From: Alteromonadaceae bacterium
Lineage (GTDB): Bacteria > Pseudomonadota > Gammaproteobacteria > Enterobacterales > Alteromonadaceae
DNA: 64,000 nucleotides
Reading direction: 5' to 3'
NCBI GenBank assembly: GCA_013216015.1
Contig: JABSOI010000019.1
Coordinates: 42,316 to 106,315, forward strand
Shown: piece by piece, positions 40,262 through 50,125 of the stretch
Position numbering within the stretch: the first letter of the stretch is position 1
How the letters are laid out: each line of letters opens with the position of its first letter
Notes under the pieces: generated by a model
The model's database searches: none
What the model was told of the DNA's origin: nothing
The model's input: only the letters and a program-made list of their open reading frames with translations
Made by a program: the position numbers and the translations under genes

Positions 40262-43200
40262 TTATTTATCTTTTGATAATTCCCTGCTTATTTTTTGAAT
40301 ATGTGATTCTGAATTATTGCTCCTGTTTTGAGAGGAAACATTAAGTGTCTTTAAAGTATCTATCATTGCTAAATCAACATCTTTACGGCTTTGTAAAGTG
40401 GTTACCAGTGGCGTTAAGAAAGATTCAAGGCTTTGAGAAAACAAAGATAAAGTTTTTTCTAATTCAGTATTCTCAGTATTTTCGGGTTTTTCTACATTCA
40501 CTTGCAGTTTAAGTTTAGCGAGAGTTTCGTTCAGTTGCTCTAAACCACCTGATTGTGGCTGCTGTAATGCGCTGCCAATTGTAGATAGGCCTTGTTGTAA
40601 TAAAGATATTTGACTGGCAATAGTTGCCAGGGGATCACCACCATCCCCTAAGTTCTGATGACGAACAAAGTCGGCTTTAATTTGCTTCCAGCGCTCTGTT
40701 TGTTCTTTGGTTTGCTTATTACGTAATTCAGCCAGTTTCAGCAGATTTTCTTCAGCACCTACCGTTAAGGTTTGCGCTTCGCCACGGTAATGATCACTAA
40801 TAAGCTGTTCTAACTCTTCATCTGTCATCACAGGCACTACTTTTTCAGCCATTTTATTCATATTGCGGTAACTACCCTGCAATTTAAATGGTGGTTCAGT
40901 GCGATATTTATCGTCTTGGGCAGCCGAGGCAATATACTGTTCATTTGCCTTGAGTACGGTTTGCTGGATTTTACGGATCCGTTTGATCACAGCCACAATT
41001 TCATTAACTTCAGCTTGTGAATAGCCATACTTTAATTCGTTCAGCGAAATTGGTCCGCCATCTGCCATTTGAACCAGCTGATACAAATCATCCATATCAC
41101 GGGTAGCAAGTGGCGCTATATAAGAGTTACTGGTTAAACTGTTTTCAATGAAACTTAATGAAAATTCATGTTCACGGCCACTTAAAGTATCCCCTAAATT
41201 GTAAATGTCGGCACGGTTTGCCAGCATATCAGGAATAGTAAATGCCTCACCTGATTCCGTATACGGATTGCCCGCCATTACTACGGCAAACTTTTTACCG
41301 CGCATATCATAAGTTTTGCTTTCACCGTTCCAAACGCCGTCTACCCGTCTTGAGCCATCACAAAGGGAAATGAATTTTTGTAGAAACTCAGGATTAGTAT
41401 GCTGAATGTCATCTAGGTATAACATTACGTTATTGCCCATTTCAAAGGCTAAATTGATTTTTTCAACTTCACTTTTTGCTGTCGAGTTATTTGCCTGCGC
41501 GGGATCTAATGACAATTGGTCATGACCAATAGAAGGGCAGTTCACTTTGACGAATGTCATCCCCAGTTTACTGGCCACATATTCAATAAGTGTTGTTTTA
41601 CCGTAACCCGGAGGCGAAATAAGTAATAATAATCCCATTAAATCGGAACGTTTATTATTGCCTGCAGCCCCAATTTGTTTGGCTAAATTGGTGCCGATAA
41701 TAGGGAAGTAAACATCGTTGATTAATTTATTACGAACAAAAGAAGCTAATGCACTAGGTTTAAACTCATGTAATTTCAGTCGTTTACGCTGTTTCTCAAT
41801 TACTTGCTGTTTAAGTTGATGGAAATTAGTAAAAGCGGGTACTTGTTCATTGCAAAAACGTCGAAGTCGAGTGATGAATTCCTGGTAACTGATCAATATT
41901 TCACGTTCTTTAATACGTGCATGTTGACCAAGCAAGCCAGTAATTTTACCCTCGGTATTTGCCGTTGAGGAATAAAATTCCATTTGATTAGTGAATGTCA
42001 TGAAGCTTGCCGCTTCAATAAGCAAATCACTATCAACACCGTTTTCCTGATGATTGGCAAATGATTGTAACCAGCCAAGATGCAATTGATATTTCAGCGC
42101 CAGACTTGAGCATGCCCCCAGGGCAGAGTTTAATTGCGATGTCAGACTTTTATGTTTTAATTGAGTTTGCAGTTGTCTGACGAGTTCAGCACTGGCTTCT
42201 TTGTTTACAAATGTCTGTTTGCCCTGAGCGAATTCTTGGATCAGGTAGTCGGCTGCTAATGAAACATCACAACTTAACCAAGATTGCTCTGTTACAAGAC
42301 ATGCTAAAGCTTGTGCCAGTTCACCACAAAGTTGAGGACGTAATTGACTCGAACCAAAAGTTTCTTCCATAAGATGTAAATTAAGACAACGATTCACCAG
42401 ATCCTGACGGGTTTTCTCATTGAGTTCAGTTTGAAAATAAACCAAAGCTAATCGTCGCTCTGGTGCAGCATAAGCAAGTAAGCCTACGGATGCACGTAAA
42501 GTTAATAATTCAGCTAAAATTAAGCTGGCATCTGAGTCGTGCACGCCTTTGTCATAACCTTCCTGATAACGAGGTTCGGCAAATTTTTGTATAAGTTTAA
42601 GCAGTTTTTTATTATTCAGCGCATCAGTCAGCTCGTTAACTGCTGCTACGCCGTTAGCTTCAGCTTCAAATAAAATGCTGGCGGCTAAATATTCTGCCCG
42701 ATATACCTGATCACTTTCTGAAATTAAATTTTGTTGCCACAAATATTCACTGCCGGCGAATAAAGTTGGATCCAGTGATTCAAAATAATCACTGCCGCTG
42801 ATGTGCAATACCATTGCCTGACCCCGTGGCAATAACGTTAATTCTAATTTTTGTCGGTTAACAGAAAATTGATGTTCGCCAATTTTAACCAGGCTGCCAT
42901 CGGCTGAATAAATGTCGGTTTTATCACGCAGTGCGCGAATGCCTTGCTCTTTAGCATTTTTTAACTGGGCATCAATATCGTCCGCACGTACGTTGTCATC
43001 TAAACTGCGTAACTGTTCGCTGAGTGCACGTAATTTGGAGACCATAGGATCGGCGGCGAAATAACTATTGAGTTTGTCTTGATCATTGAAAGCCTGGCTT
43101 CGACGATTAACTCCGGCAATAATGCGTTCTGCTGCGGTCATTAAATTTAAACAACGACGTTGCTGAGCATCCATAAGTTGCTGTTTATGTTGTTCAAAGT

Positions 43201-45550
43201 TGTCGTATATTTCGTCTCTTTTAGCCAGAATTTCATTATAAAATTCATCGTAATCGCTAAATTGGCTTTCCAAATTTTCTAATTGGATCAGTAATTGAGA
43301 CAGTTGTTGGTCACATTCTTGAGGTGAATCACTGGCATTTAAAGCACTGGTGACACTTTGAGTCAGCAGCTTGAAACGTGCACCAAATTCAGCGCGGGCT
43401 TCTTCTGAGCCAACACTTTTTGTTGCAATATCAGCACTGGCTTTAACACGGTTTATTTGACTAAATATGCTGGAGATATCTTCTAAAATACGGGTGCGCT
43501 GACGGCTGTCGTCAATATTCAGCGATAACATGGTATGGTTCAGCAGTTCTAAGCCCTGTACCAGTTCGTCTACAGCTGTGCGAATAGGTTTTAATGCGGT
43601 AATTGACTGGGCTTGTGCTACTTCAGCATCTAATTGGGCAATTTTATTTTCGTAAGGAGCGAATGCTTGATCTTGCTGTAGAAAATCAGCCGTGGCTTGG
43701 CTTAAATTTGCTGACAAAGATGCTAATTCAGCCGCCATCAGGTCAATTTCAGTTAAATCGACATATTTCAGTTCTTTGTGAGAAATTAACTTGCCATTAA
43801 AGTTTGCTAGTTCTGACAAACCTTCAACATATTGTTGTGCGTTGTCAAAGACAGGTGCTTTCATTTGATTAATGAGCTGGTCAAGTTTTTCTCTTGCTTG
43901 CAACATAACCTGATCAGATTTATTTTTGATGCTGGTTACTTTTTCAAATTCATCCAGCACCAATTCTGAGGTGGTTACCACTTGTTTTAATATTTGATTA
44001 AGTTGAGCTAATTCAGGATCGGTTAACCAATGATATTTATCCAGTAATTGGCCTGATTGTTTTACTAAATCATTAAAATGGTAGGCACTGGGTTCCTGTG
44101 TTGAAATTAGCCTTGCAACACCGTATAAATCAGAAATACCACGGACTAATTCTGGGTTGCCAATTTTACCGAAGAAACTATTATCGGTTGGTTGCAAACT
44201 GGCGTGTTCTTCACTGCAAAAAGGAGTTTGCCATATTTGCATGGCATGTACCCGTGAAGGCTCTTCTTCGGCATTAAAAACGATAGCTCTACCGTTAATA
44301 TGTAAACTTTGCCCATGACCGTAAATTGGATTTTGCAGGGTTCGGGTGATCAAATTATAACTGAATAAGGCGTATTGACCTTCGTTCGGTTCATAAAAAA
44401 TATAGAGTACGTCTTCGCCATTTGGTGATTTAACGACACGATGTAATTGCAGATCTTTTGCGCTGTCATCAAAGCTTTTGTTTTCGCCACTTTGTAAGTA
44501 ATAGCCGCCGGGAAAAATAATACCGTGATCTTCCGGTAACTGAATACAGGCATGGGCGATGGCGTCTTGCCTGATAACTTTTTGGGTTTTTGAATTATAA
44601 ATCAGATGACGTGTTTGTTGCTCTCGGTAAGGCTTTATTTTAAGCAGAATTAACTCGCCAACTTTCGCATAGTGAATTTGTGCGTCATCCAAAGATTGAT
44701 GTTGGTCATCAACATTTTCTGAATAAATGCCTTCGCCGTCTTCGGTATTGTTTTCTATTTTTATGGTTAATGTGCCACCAATAGCTTCAACAAACAGGGT
44801 ATCAAATATATTAAAATGCGGATGTTTGCCTTTTTCTTGTTGCTCACGTGAAACTTTGCACCATTCAAAATCAAAGTTTTCCGGTTGCTTTATATCTCGT
44901 TCACCTCGGTTATCAATGTATTTAACCTGGTTGTCGGCATCAATACCCCAGCGAAAAACGCGTATATCATCCAGTCTTTCGCCAATACGGAAAATGGCGA
45001 ATACCTTGCTACCTTGACGATACACATGGCTAAGATAGGTTTTTTTATAATATGTATATAATTCGTCAAAATCGCGGACGAATTCCGGGTGTTCTAAAAA
45101 GCTGCCTTGCAGTGGCAGATCGATAATTTCCAACTCACTATTTTGCGGGTTATCAGGAGGTGAATTACCAGGAGGTGAATTATCAGGAGGTGAATTACCA
45201 GGAGGTGAATTACCAGAAACAGAAGCAGTGGTGCTTTCTTTTACTTGATGCAAACTAAAAACATCAGCAACGGTGATATTACGTTTTAATCCTAAAAAAA
45301 CGTTATAGCCAAAAAGTAAAGTATCACCAATTGCAGCAATATCCCGTGCGACACAATTATGTTCAGTACGCACCCGAACCCGTGCCGCCACTTTCATGTC
45401 GGTTGAGCCAAATGTCGACATTCGCTGGTCATTAAGCTGTTTTAGTTGAGTGTTTAACTCTTCACCAAGTGCAGTTAACCTACGCTGAATAAGCTCATAT
45501 GATCCGCCTTCTGCAACGGCTTGATTAGTGACTTTGTCCTTATCCGACAT
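40262..45550 (-). CDS. Giant (1762-aa) protein with a single MoxR/AAA_5-like AAA+ ATPase module near aa 1200-1400, coiled-coil regions and SPPGN/SPPDN tandem repeats
   Basis: Walker A LISPPGYGKTTL. Walker B VMLYLDDIQH. Long N-terminal region without recognisable motifs. Intact ORF. Confidence 0.7.
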   Translation of the reverse strand: MSDKDKVTNQAVAEGGSYELIQRRLTALGEELNTQLKQLNDQRMSTFGSTDMKVAARVRVRTEHNCVARDIAAIGDTLLFGYNVFLGLKRNITVADVFSLHQVKESTTASVSGNSPPGNSPPDNSPPGNSPPDNPQNSELEIIDLPLQGSFLEHPEFVRDFDELYTYYKKTYLSHVYRQGSKVFAIFRIGERLDDIRVFRWGIDADNQVKYIDNRGERDIKQPENFDFEWCKVSREQQEKGKHPHFNIFDTLFVEAIGGTLTIKIENNTEDGEGIYSENVDDQHQSLDDAQIHYAKVGELILLKIKPYREQQTRHLIYNSKTQKVIRQDAIAHACIQLPEDHGIIFPGGYYLQSGENKSFDDSAKDLQLHRVVKSPNGEDVLYIFYEPNEGQYALFSYNLITRTLQNPIYGHGQSLHINGRAIVFNAEEEPSRVHAMQIWQTPFCSEEHASLQPTDNSFFGKIGNPELVRGISDLYGVARLISTQEPSAYHFNDLVKQSGQLLDKYHWLTDPELAQLNQILKQVVTTSELVLDEFEKVTSIKNKSDQVMLQAREKLDQLINQMKAPVFDNAQQYVEGLSELANFNGKLISHKELKYVDLTEIDLMAAELASLSANLSQATADFLQQDQAFAPYENKIAQLDAEVAQAQSITALKPIRTAVDELVQGLELLNHTMLSLNIDDSRQRTRILEDISSIFSQINRVKASADIATKSVGSEEARAEFGARFKLLTQSVTSALNASDSPQECDQQLSQLLIQLENLESQFSDYDEFYNEILAKRDEIYDNFEQHKQQLMDAQQRRCLNLMTAAERIIAGVNRRSQAFNDQDKLNSYFAADPMVSKLRALSEQLRSLDDNVRADDIDAQLKNAKEQGIRALRDKTDIYSADGSLVKIGEHQFSVNRQKLELTLLPRGQAMVLHISGSDYFESLDPTLFAGSEYLWQQNLISESDQVYRAEYLAASILFEAEANGVAAVNELTDALNNKKLLKLIQKFAEPRYQEGYDKGVHDSDASLILAELLTLRASVGLLAYAAPERRLALVYFQTELNEKTRQDLVNRCLNLHLMEETFGSSQLRPQLCGELAQALACLVTEQSWLSCDVSLAADYLIQEFAQGKQTFVNKEASAELVRQLQTQLKHKSLTSQLNSALGACSSLALKYQLHLGWLQSFANHQENGVDSDLLIEAASFMTFTNQMEFYSSTANTEGKITGLLGQHARIKEREILISYQEFITRLRRFCNEQVPAFTNFHQLKQQVIEKQRKRLKLHEFKPSALASFVRNKLINDVYFPIIGTNLAKQIGAAGNNKRSDLMGLLLLISPPGYGKTTLIEYVASKLGMTFVKVNCPSIGHDQLSLDPAQANNSTAKSEVEKINLAFEMGNNVMLYLDDIQHTNPEFLQKFISLCDGSRRVDGVWNGESKTYDMRGKKFAVVMAGNPYTESGEAFTIPDMLANRADIYNLGDTLSGREHEFSLSFIENSLTSNSYIAPLATRDMDDLYQLVQMADGGPISLNELKYGYSQAEVNEIVAVIKRIRKIQQTVLKANEQYIASAAQDDKYRTEPPFKLQGSYRNMNKMAEKVVPVMTDEELEQLISDHYRGEAQTLTVGAEENLLKLAELRNKQTKEQTERWKQIKADFVRHQNLGDGGDPLATIASQISLLQQGLSTIGSALQQPQSGGLEQLNETLAKLKLQVNVEKPENTENTELEKTLSLFSQSLESFLTPLVTTLQSRKDVDLAMIDTLKTLNVSSQNRSNNSESHIQKISRELSKDK

Positions 45551-45751
45551 TTAAAACTCCATGAAATCTTTTGTATTTTTACACTTTAGTACTTTTACAG
45601 TTTTGTACTTCAGTACTAATATAATTGTTAGGTCGCTGTTTGCTTACATAAAAAGCTTCAATAAATAGCTTCGACAGCACGTTTCGAAAAAATCTTTTCG
45701 TGAACAGGCATGTCGAAGTTAACTTTTTACGACCTACGCAAGATGACGCGT

Positions 45752-47734
45752 TTATTTATCGTCAGAACCTTTTTGGCTGACTAAATTCAATAAACTTGCC
45801 AAGGCTCCTTTTTGTGAATCATCGGCATTATTCAAGGTTGCAAGTAATTTTGCCATATTGAAATTTTTCAATGTTTCACTTGAGTCAGAAGCTCCAGCCA
45901 ATACACCTTTAAGGTCTTCAACAATATTACGATCACCATTAAGGTGGTCTTTGAATAATGTTTGCACTGTCTCGCTTTCATTCACAAATGCATCAAGTGA
46001 TTTACCAACAGTGATAGATTTCATAAATTGATTCAGGAATTGGCCGTCGCCACCCATAATATTAATATTGGCTTCATGTAATGCTGCACATAATACCTGT
46101 GCTTGTTTCTCTGCCAATTCAACACTGTTGTCTATTTTGGCAAGGGTCAGTTCCCGCTCCTGGTTCAAACGTAAACCGAAGGTTTCAAACTCACGAGCTG
46201 AATCTGACATTGAATTGAGCACTTCTTGTTTCTCACGTAATCCAGTCGCTTCGGCTAAGGCTTTTTCTTTAATGCCTTTTGCTTCAGCCGTTAGTTTAAG
46301 CTCAAGGCCTTTAGCTTCGGCTTCGCCTTGTCTTTCATGGGCTTCGGCTTGTGCTAAGGTTACCTGAGCATCAGCAAGACCTGCTGATGCGGTTTCTGCT
46401 TGGTTACCTTCGGCTAATATTTTTTTAGATTCAGCTTGTTTGACCGCCGCTTTCAATTCTGCATCAGCAATGGTTTGAATTTTACGCGCGATATGTTCAG
46501 CGGCTTGTTCTTCTGCTTTTGCTGATTCAATGTCTTTTACTAATGATTCTTCGGCTTGAGCTTTGGCTCGGATAACTTGCTCTTCTTTTAAGCGGTTTGC
46601 TTCTGAAACAACGCGTAAGTCTTTAATCAACTCTTCTTCTTGTGCGACACTTTTTTCAACGGAAATTCGTTCACGTTGTACTTCGGCTATATTTTTTCTT
46701 TCAACTTCTAACGCTTTTTCTTTATTGATGCGTAATGTTTCCACTTCTTTTTCTCGAGCAATAGCTTCAACCTGACGAGCGCGTTTTACTTTCTCTTCTT
46801 CAATGGCAACCGCTCTCAGTCGATTCTGTTCGGCAATATCCGCTTCACGTTGTTTATTTTGTTCTGCTACTTCGATAGTTTGTTCCGTAGCAATACGTGC
46901 CTGTTCAGATTTAGAACGTTCCTCCTGAACAATTTTGGCTGTTTCGGCTTCTTCACGCGCTTGAACTGTGGAAATTTCCCGTTCTTGTCTTGCTGTTGCG
47001 TCAGCTAACTGACGATCTAATTCCAGACCTTTTTCTTTTGCTTCAATGTTCTGCCGTTTTATTTTTATTTCTTCCTGACGTTTTAAATCGTTTGTTTCAA
47101 CACTTTGCAAGGCCGTTAACTCGGTAATTCGACGAATACCTTCAGCATCCATAATGTTGTTTGGATCAAGATCATGTATTGAAGTTTGTTCAAGAAAATC
47201 AATAGCTACATCTTCTAATACATAACCCGATAAATCTTGTCCAATAACCTCTTTAATTTTGTCTCTGAAGTTATTACGTTGAGTAAATAATTCGGTGAAG
47301 TTAAGTTGTTTGCCAACTGTTTTTAAAGCTTCAGAAAACTTAGCTTCAAATAACTCCTGCAAAGTTTCAGGGAAAGAAGAACGTTCACAGCCGACTTGTT
47401 TAGCAACCCGTAATATATCTTCTTTCGTTTCGTTCACCCTTATGTAAAAAGTGATAGTTATGTCAGCTCGAATATTATCCTGACAAATTAGTCCTGAACG
47501 ACCTTTACGCTCAAGCATCATGCGTTTAGTTGAAATATCCATAATTTCTTTTTTATGGATAATAGGAATAACCATGCCACCTGTGGTACTAATTTCGGGT
47601 TCTGCGCGTAGTTTGTTAATAATAAGTGCTTGTCCTTGCTCTACCTTGATATAAAACTTAGCGATCATGATCAAAAGTGAAAAGACGAACAATACGCCTA
47701 TGCCAATCGCTAAATAAAGTGGTTCCATTACCAT
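45752..47734 (-). CDS. Flotillin-like SPFH/band-7 protein (YqiK-like) with long E/A/K-rich coiled coil
   Basis: N-terminal TM plus SPFH domain (…IINKLRAEPEISTTGGMVIPIIHK…). About 300-aa coiled-coil tail. Confidence 0.85.
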   Translation of the reverse strand: MVMEPLYLAIGIGVLFVFSLLIMIAKFYIKVEQGQALIINKLRAEPEISTTGGMVIPIIHKKEIMDISTKRMMLERKGRSGLICQDNIRADITITFYIRVNETKEDILRVAKQVGCERSSFPETLQELFEAKFSEALKTVGKQLNFTELFTQRNNFRDKIKEVIGQDLSGYVLEDVAIDFLEQTSIHDLDPNNIMDAEGIRRITELTALQSVETNDLKRQEEIKIKRQNIEAKEKGLELDRQLADATARQEREISTVQAREEAETAKIVQEERSKSEQARIATEQTIEVAEQNKQREADIAEQNRLRAVAIEEEKVKRARQVEAIAREKEVETLRINKEKALEVERKNIAEVQRERISVEKSVAQEEELIKDLRVVSEANRLKEEQVIRAKAQAEESLVKDIESAKAEEQAAEHIARKIQTIADAELKAAVKQAESKKILAEGNQAETASAGLADAQVTLAQAEAHERQGEAEAKGLELKLTAEAKGIKEKALAEATGLREKQEVLNSMSDSAREFETFGLRLNQERELTLAKIDNSVELAEKQAQVLCAALHEANINIMGGDGQFLNQFMKSITVGKSLDAFVNESETVQTLFKDHLNGDRNIVEDLKGVLAGASDSSETLKNFNMAKLLATLNNADDSQKGALASLLNLVSQKGSDDK

Positions 47735-47858
47735 GTGTATTTCCTCTTATAAAAACGGGCTGCCACGGTTGTCGTGGCAACTTAAACTAATATTTTGTAA
47801 ATGTATCGGTGCTTAATATGCTGGTGCTTAAATTATTGATGCTTAAATTTTTGAATAA

Positions 47859-48497
47859 TTATTGTGGGTAGGGGGCGACAATATAAGTATGATTGTCTTC
47901 TAGGTATGTTATCAATAAGACTTTGTCACCCATCTTTAACGAGTGTTCGCCCTCGCAGCGAACATCAAGTAAAATTTCAGCGCCTTCGTTGAATACCCGT
48001 GCCTGACCAAAAGTCTCGCTTACTGTGCCTGTAGCTATTGTGGCTTCTTTACCGACCAAATTTTGACTGGTGGTTGTTTCAACACTTTTAAACATGCCTT
48101 TAAGTGGGCGAATGATTATTGCTGTAATAGGTAAGGAAACTAAAAATACAATAAAGTCACTCACTGTGCCTATTAAGTAATAAAGCCAGCCTTCAGGCAG
48201 CCATGTTAAAATGTAAAATTGCAGGTAAAAGCTGATCAGCCAGCAAACAAGAATAATAATACTGATCACTAAAGTGAAGGGTACGCCAGTTAAACCGAAG
48301 GTGAGTAATAGTCCGGTTAATCCGCCAATACTTGTGTCGACATCGACATCAGCGTCTATATCCAGGTCGACATCACCAGCAAAATCGAGATCAATAAGAC
48401 CTAGCATTCCAACAAGCCAATAGATAACGACAATGCCAAGTAAGGTGGTGTATATAACAGTAGGGAATTGGGAAGCTACTTCGAATAACTGTGTCAT
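47859..48497 (-). CDS. NfeD/YqiJ-like inner-membrane protein
   Basis: Acidic DLDFAGDVDLDIDADVDVD segment. Several TMs. C-terminal OB-like beta region. Directly upstream of the flotillin gene. Confidence 0.6.
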   Translation of the reverse strand: MTQLFEVASQFPTVIYTTLLGIVVIYWLVGMLGLIDLDFAGDVDLDIDADVDVDTSIGGLTGLLLTFGLTGVPFTLVISIIILVCWLISFYLQFYILTWLPEGWLYYLIGTVSDFIVFLVSLPITAIIIRPLKGMFKSVETTTSQNLVGKEATIATGTVSETFGQARVFNEGAEILLDVRCEGEHSLKMGDKVLLITYLEDNHTYIVAPYPQ

Positions 48498-48845
48498 GAT
48501 TCATCCTTAAACATTTTATAACGGTCATTGTTTTGTTAAATTATTTGAAAATAATAGCTGTAATTTATTCTGATAATTTTACTGTGAGTCCAGAGACTCT
48601 ACTCACCATACGCGAATGACATATTATGTCAATAGGCTGAAGTGTGAATATTTCACTGTGAATATTAATGGGAGACAAATTATCATACTTGTTTTGAAAA
48701 ATCTTCGAAAATTTGTGTAAACACAATAAATAATCAATCTAATTTTCTCTGAGGGTTTCTATAGCATTCTTTAGATTATTAACGGTATGATGGGATGAAT
48801 TAGAAATTTACAGACAATAAAACCCAAGAAAGGATATATAAAAAA

Positions 48846-49394
48846 ATGAATTGTACAAGTTGTAAAATGGGTGAATTAATGCCAAGTTTCATTGATGGGC
48901 AATTCAGGGCCCATACATGTTCAAATTGTTATGGTAATTGGATTCTTATAGAAGACTATGTGTCATGGAAAGAGCGTAATCCGCAATATACATTTGACGA
49001 TAGTGTAACCTGTGAAATTGAAGAAACTACAACCGCATTATTATGTCCTGTAACCGGCACAATTATGAGAAAATTCCGCCTTTGTTCAAGTACTACGCAC
49101 CGTATTGATTATAGCGCTGGTGTGGGGGGTGTTTGGTTAGATAAAGGTGAATGGGAGTTGCTTAAAGAAAAAGGATTAGCGGGTTCATTAAATGCCATGT
49201 TGACAGCACACTGGCAACGAAATATCCGTATAAATAATACCAAAGAAAATTTTGCTGAAATTTATAAAGATAAATTTGGTCAAGAAACATATAACAAAAT
49301 AAAAGAACTTAGGGAATGGTTATACCAACAGCCAAACAAAGCTGATTTACGTGCTTACATATTAGCTGAAGATCCGTATTCAGCAGAAAAGTAA
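48846..49394 (+). CDS. Double zinc-ribbon (TFIIB-type) protein
   Basis: CTSC…CSNC and CPVTG…GVWLDKGEWELL motifs. Confidence 0.5.
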   Translation: MNCTSCKMGELMPSFIDGQFRAHTCSNCYGNWILIEDYVSWKERNPQYTFDDSVTCEIEETTTALLCPVTGTIMRKFRLCSSTTHRIDYSAGVGGVWLDKGEWELLKEKGLAGSLNAMLTAHWQRNIRINNTKENFAEIYKDKFGQETYNKIKELREWLYQQPNKADLRAYILAEDPYSAEK

Positions 49395-49445
49395 CAGATT
49401 GAAAATTATGCCAATTATACCAATTATATTACAGGGAGAATATGA

Positions 49446-49868
49446 ATGAGAGGTGCAGGTGGTACGGCTGGTGGCTTAGGTCATTTTTTTATTGGTCTCA
49501 TAATGATGTGTGGCGGTTTTTATATGCTGCTCAATGCTATTTCTGTCACTTCTAGTTTTGGTATGGGAATGCGATTGTATGGATTTTCTGGGGCGGGTGG
49601 AAATTATCAAATTACCAGCGGTATGATAATGATCCCTTTTATATTTGGTTTGGGGCTTATATTTTATAATAGTAAAAATATATTTGGCTGGTTGCTGGCG
49701 CTTGGTTCAATGACCGGCCTTATCTTTGGCGTTATTTCGTCAATACGTTTTACTTTCAAGACCATGAGTTCTTTTGATTTAATAGTGATACTCGTTTTAG
49801 CATTTGGTGGTTTAGGTTTATTTCTTCGTTCGCTAAAATCACTGGATGCAAATTTACCAGACGAGTAA
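49446..49868 (+). CDS. Small multi-TM membrane protein
   Basis: 140 aa, 4 hydrophobic helices. Confidence 0.4.
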   Translation: MRGAGGTAGGLGHFFIGLIMMCGGFYMLLNAISVTSSFGMGMRLYGFSGAGGNYQITSGMIMIPFIFGLGLIFYNSKNIFGWLLALGSMTGLIFGVISSIRFTFKTMSSFDLIVILVLAFGGLGLFLRSLKSLDANLPDE

Positions 49869-50125
49869 AATTACTAGCATGTTATCAATATTAATCTCAT
49901 CAATGATTAGGGTGGCTTGTGTTAACGTCTGGCGTCAGTGCTGTTAAAACAAGACACGACTGAAAAACCGCTATTCGCTTGTTTTTTAAGCTGGATCTGT
50001 ATAAAAAATAAATGGATTTTGTGGTTGGCAACATGTCCGCCAAATCATTTCTTTTATTTCCTCATTAAAAAGTTTATTGTTAATAGATACTTACTTTTTT
50101 TTTGTGGAATTATTGAGGTGGCGGA

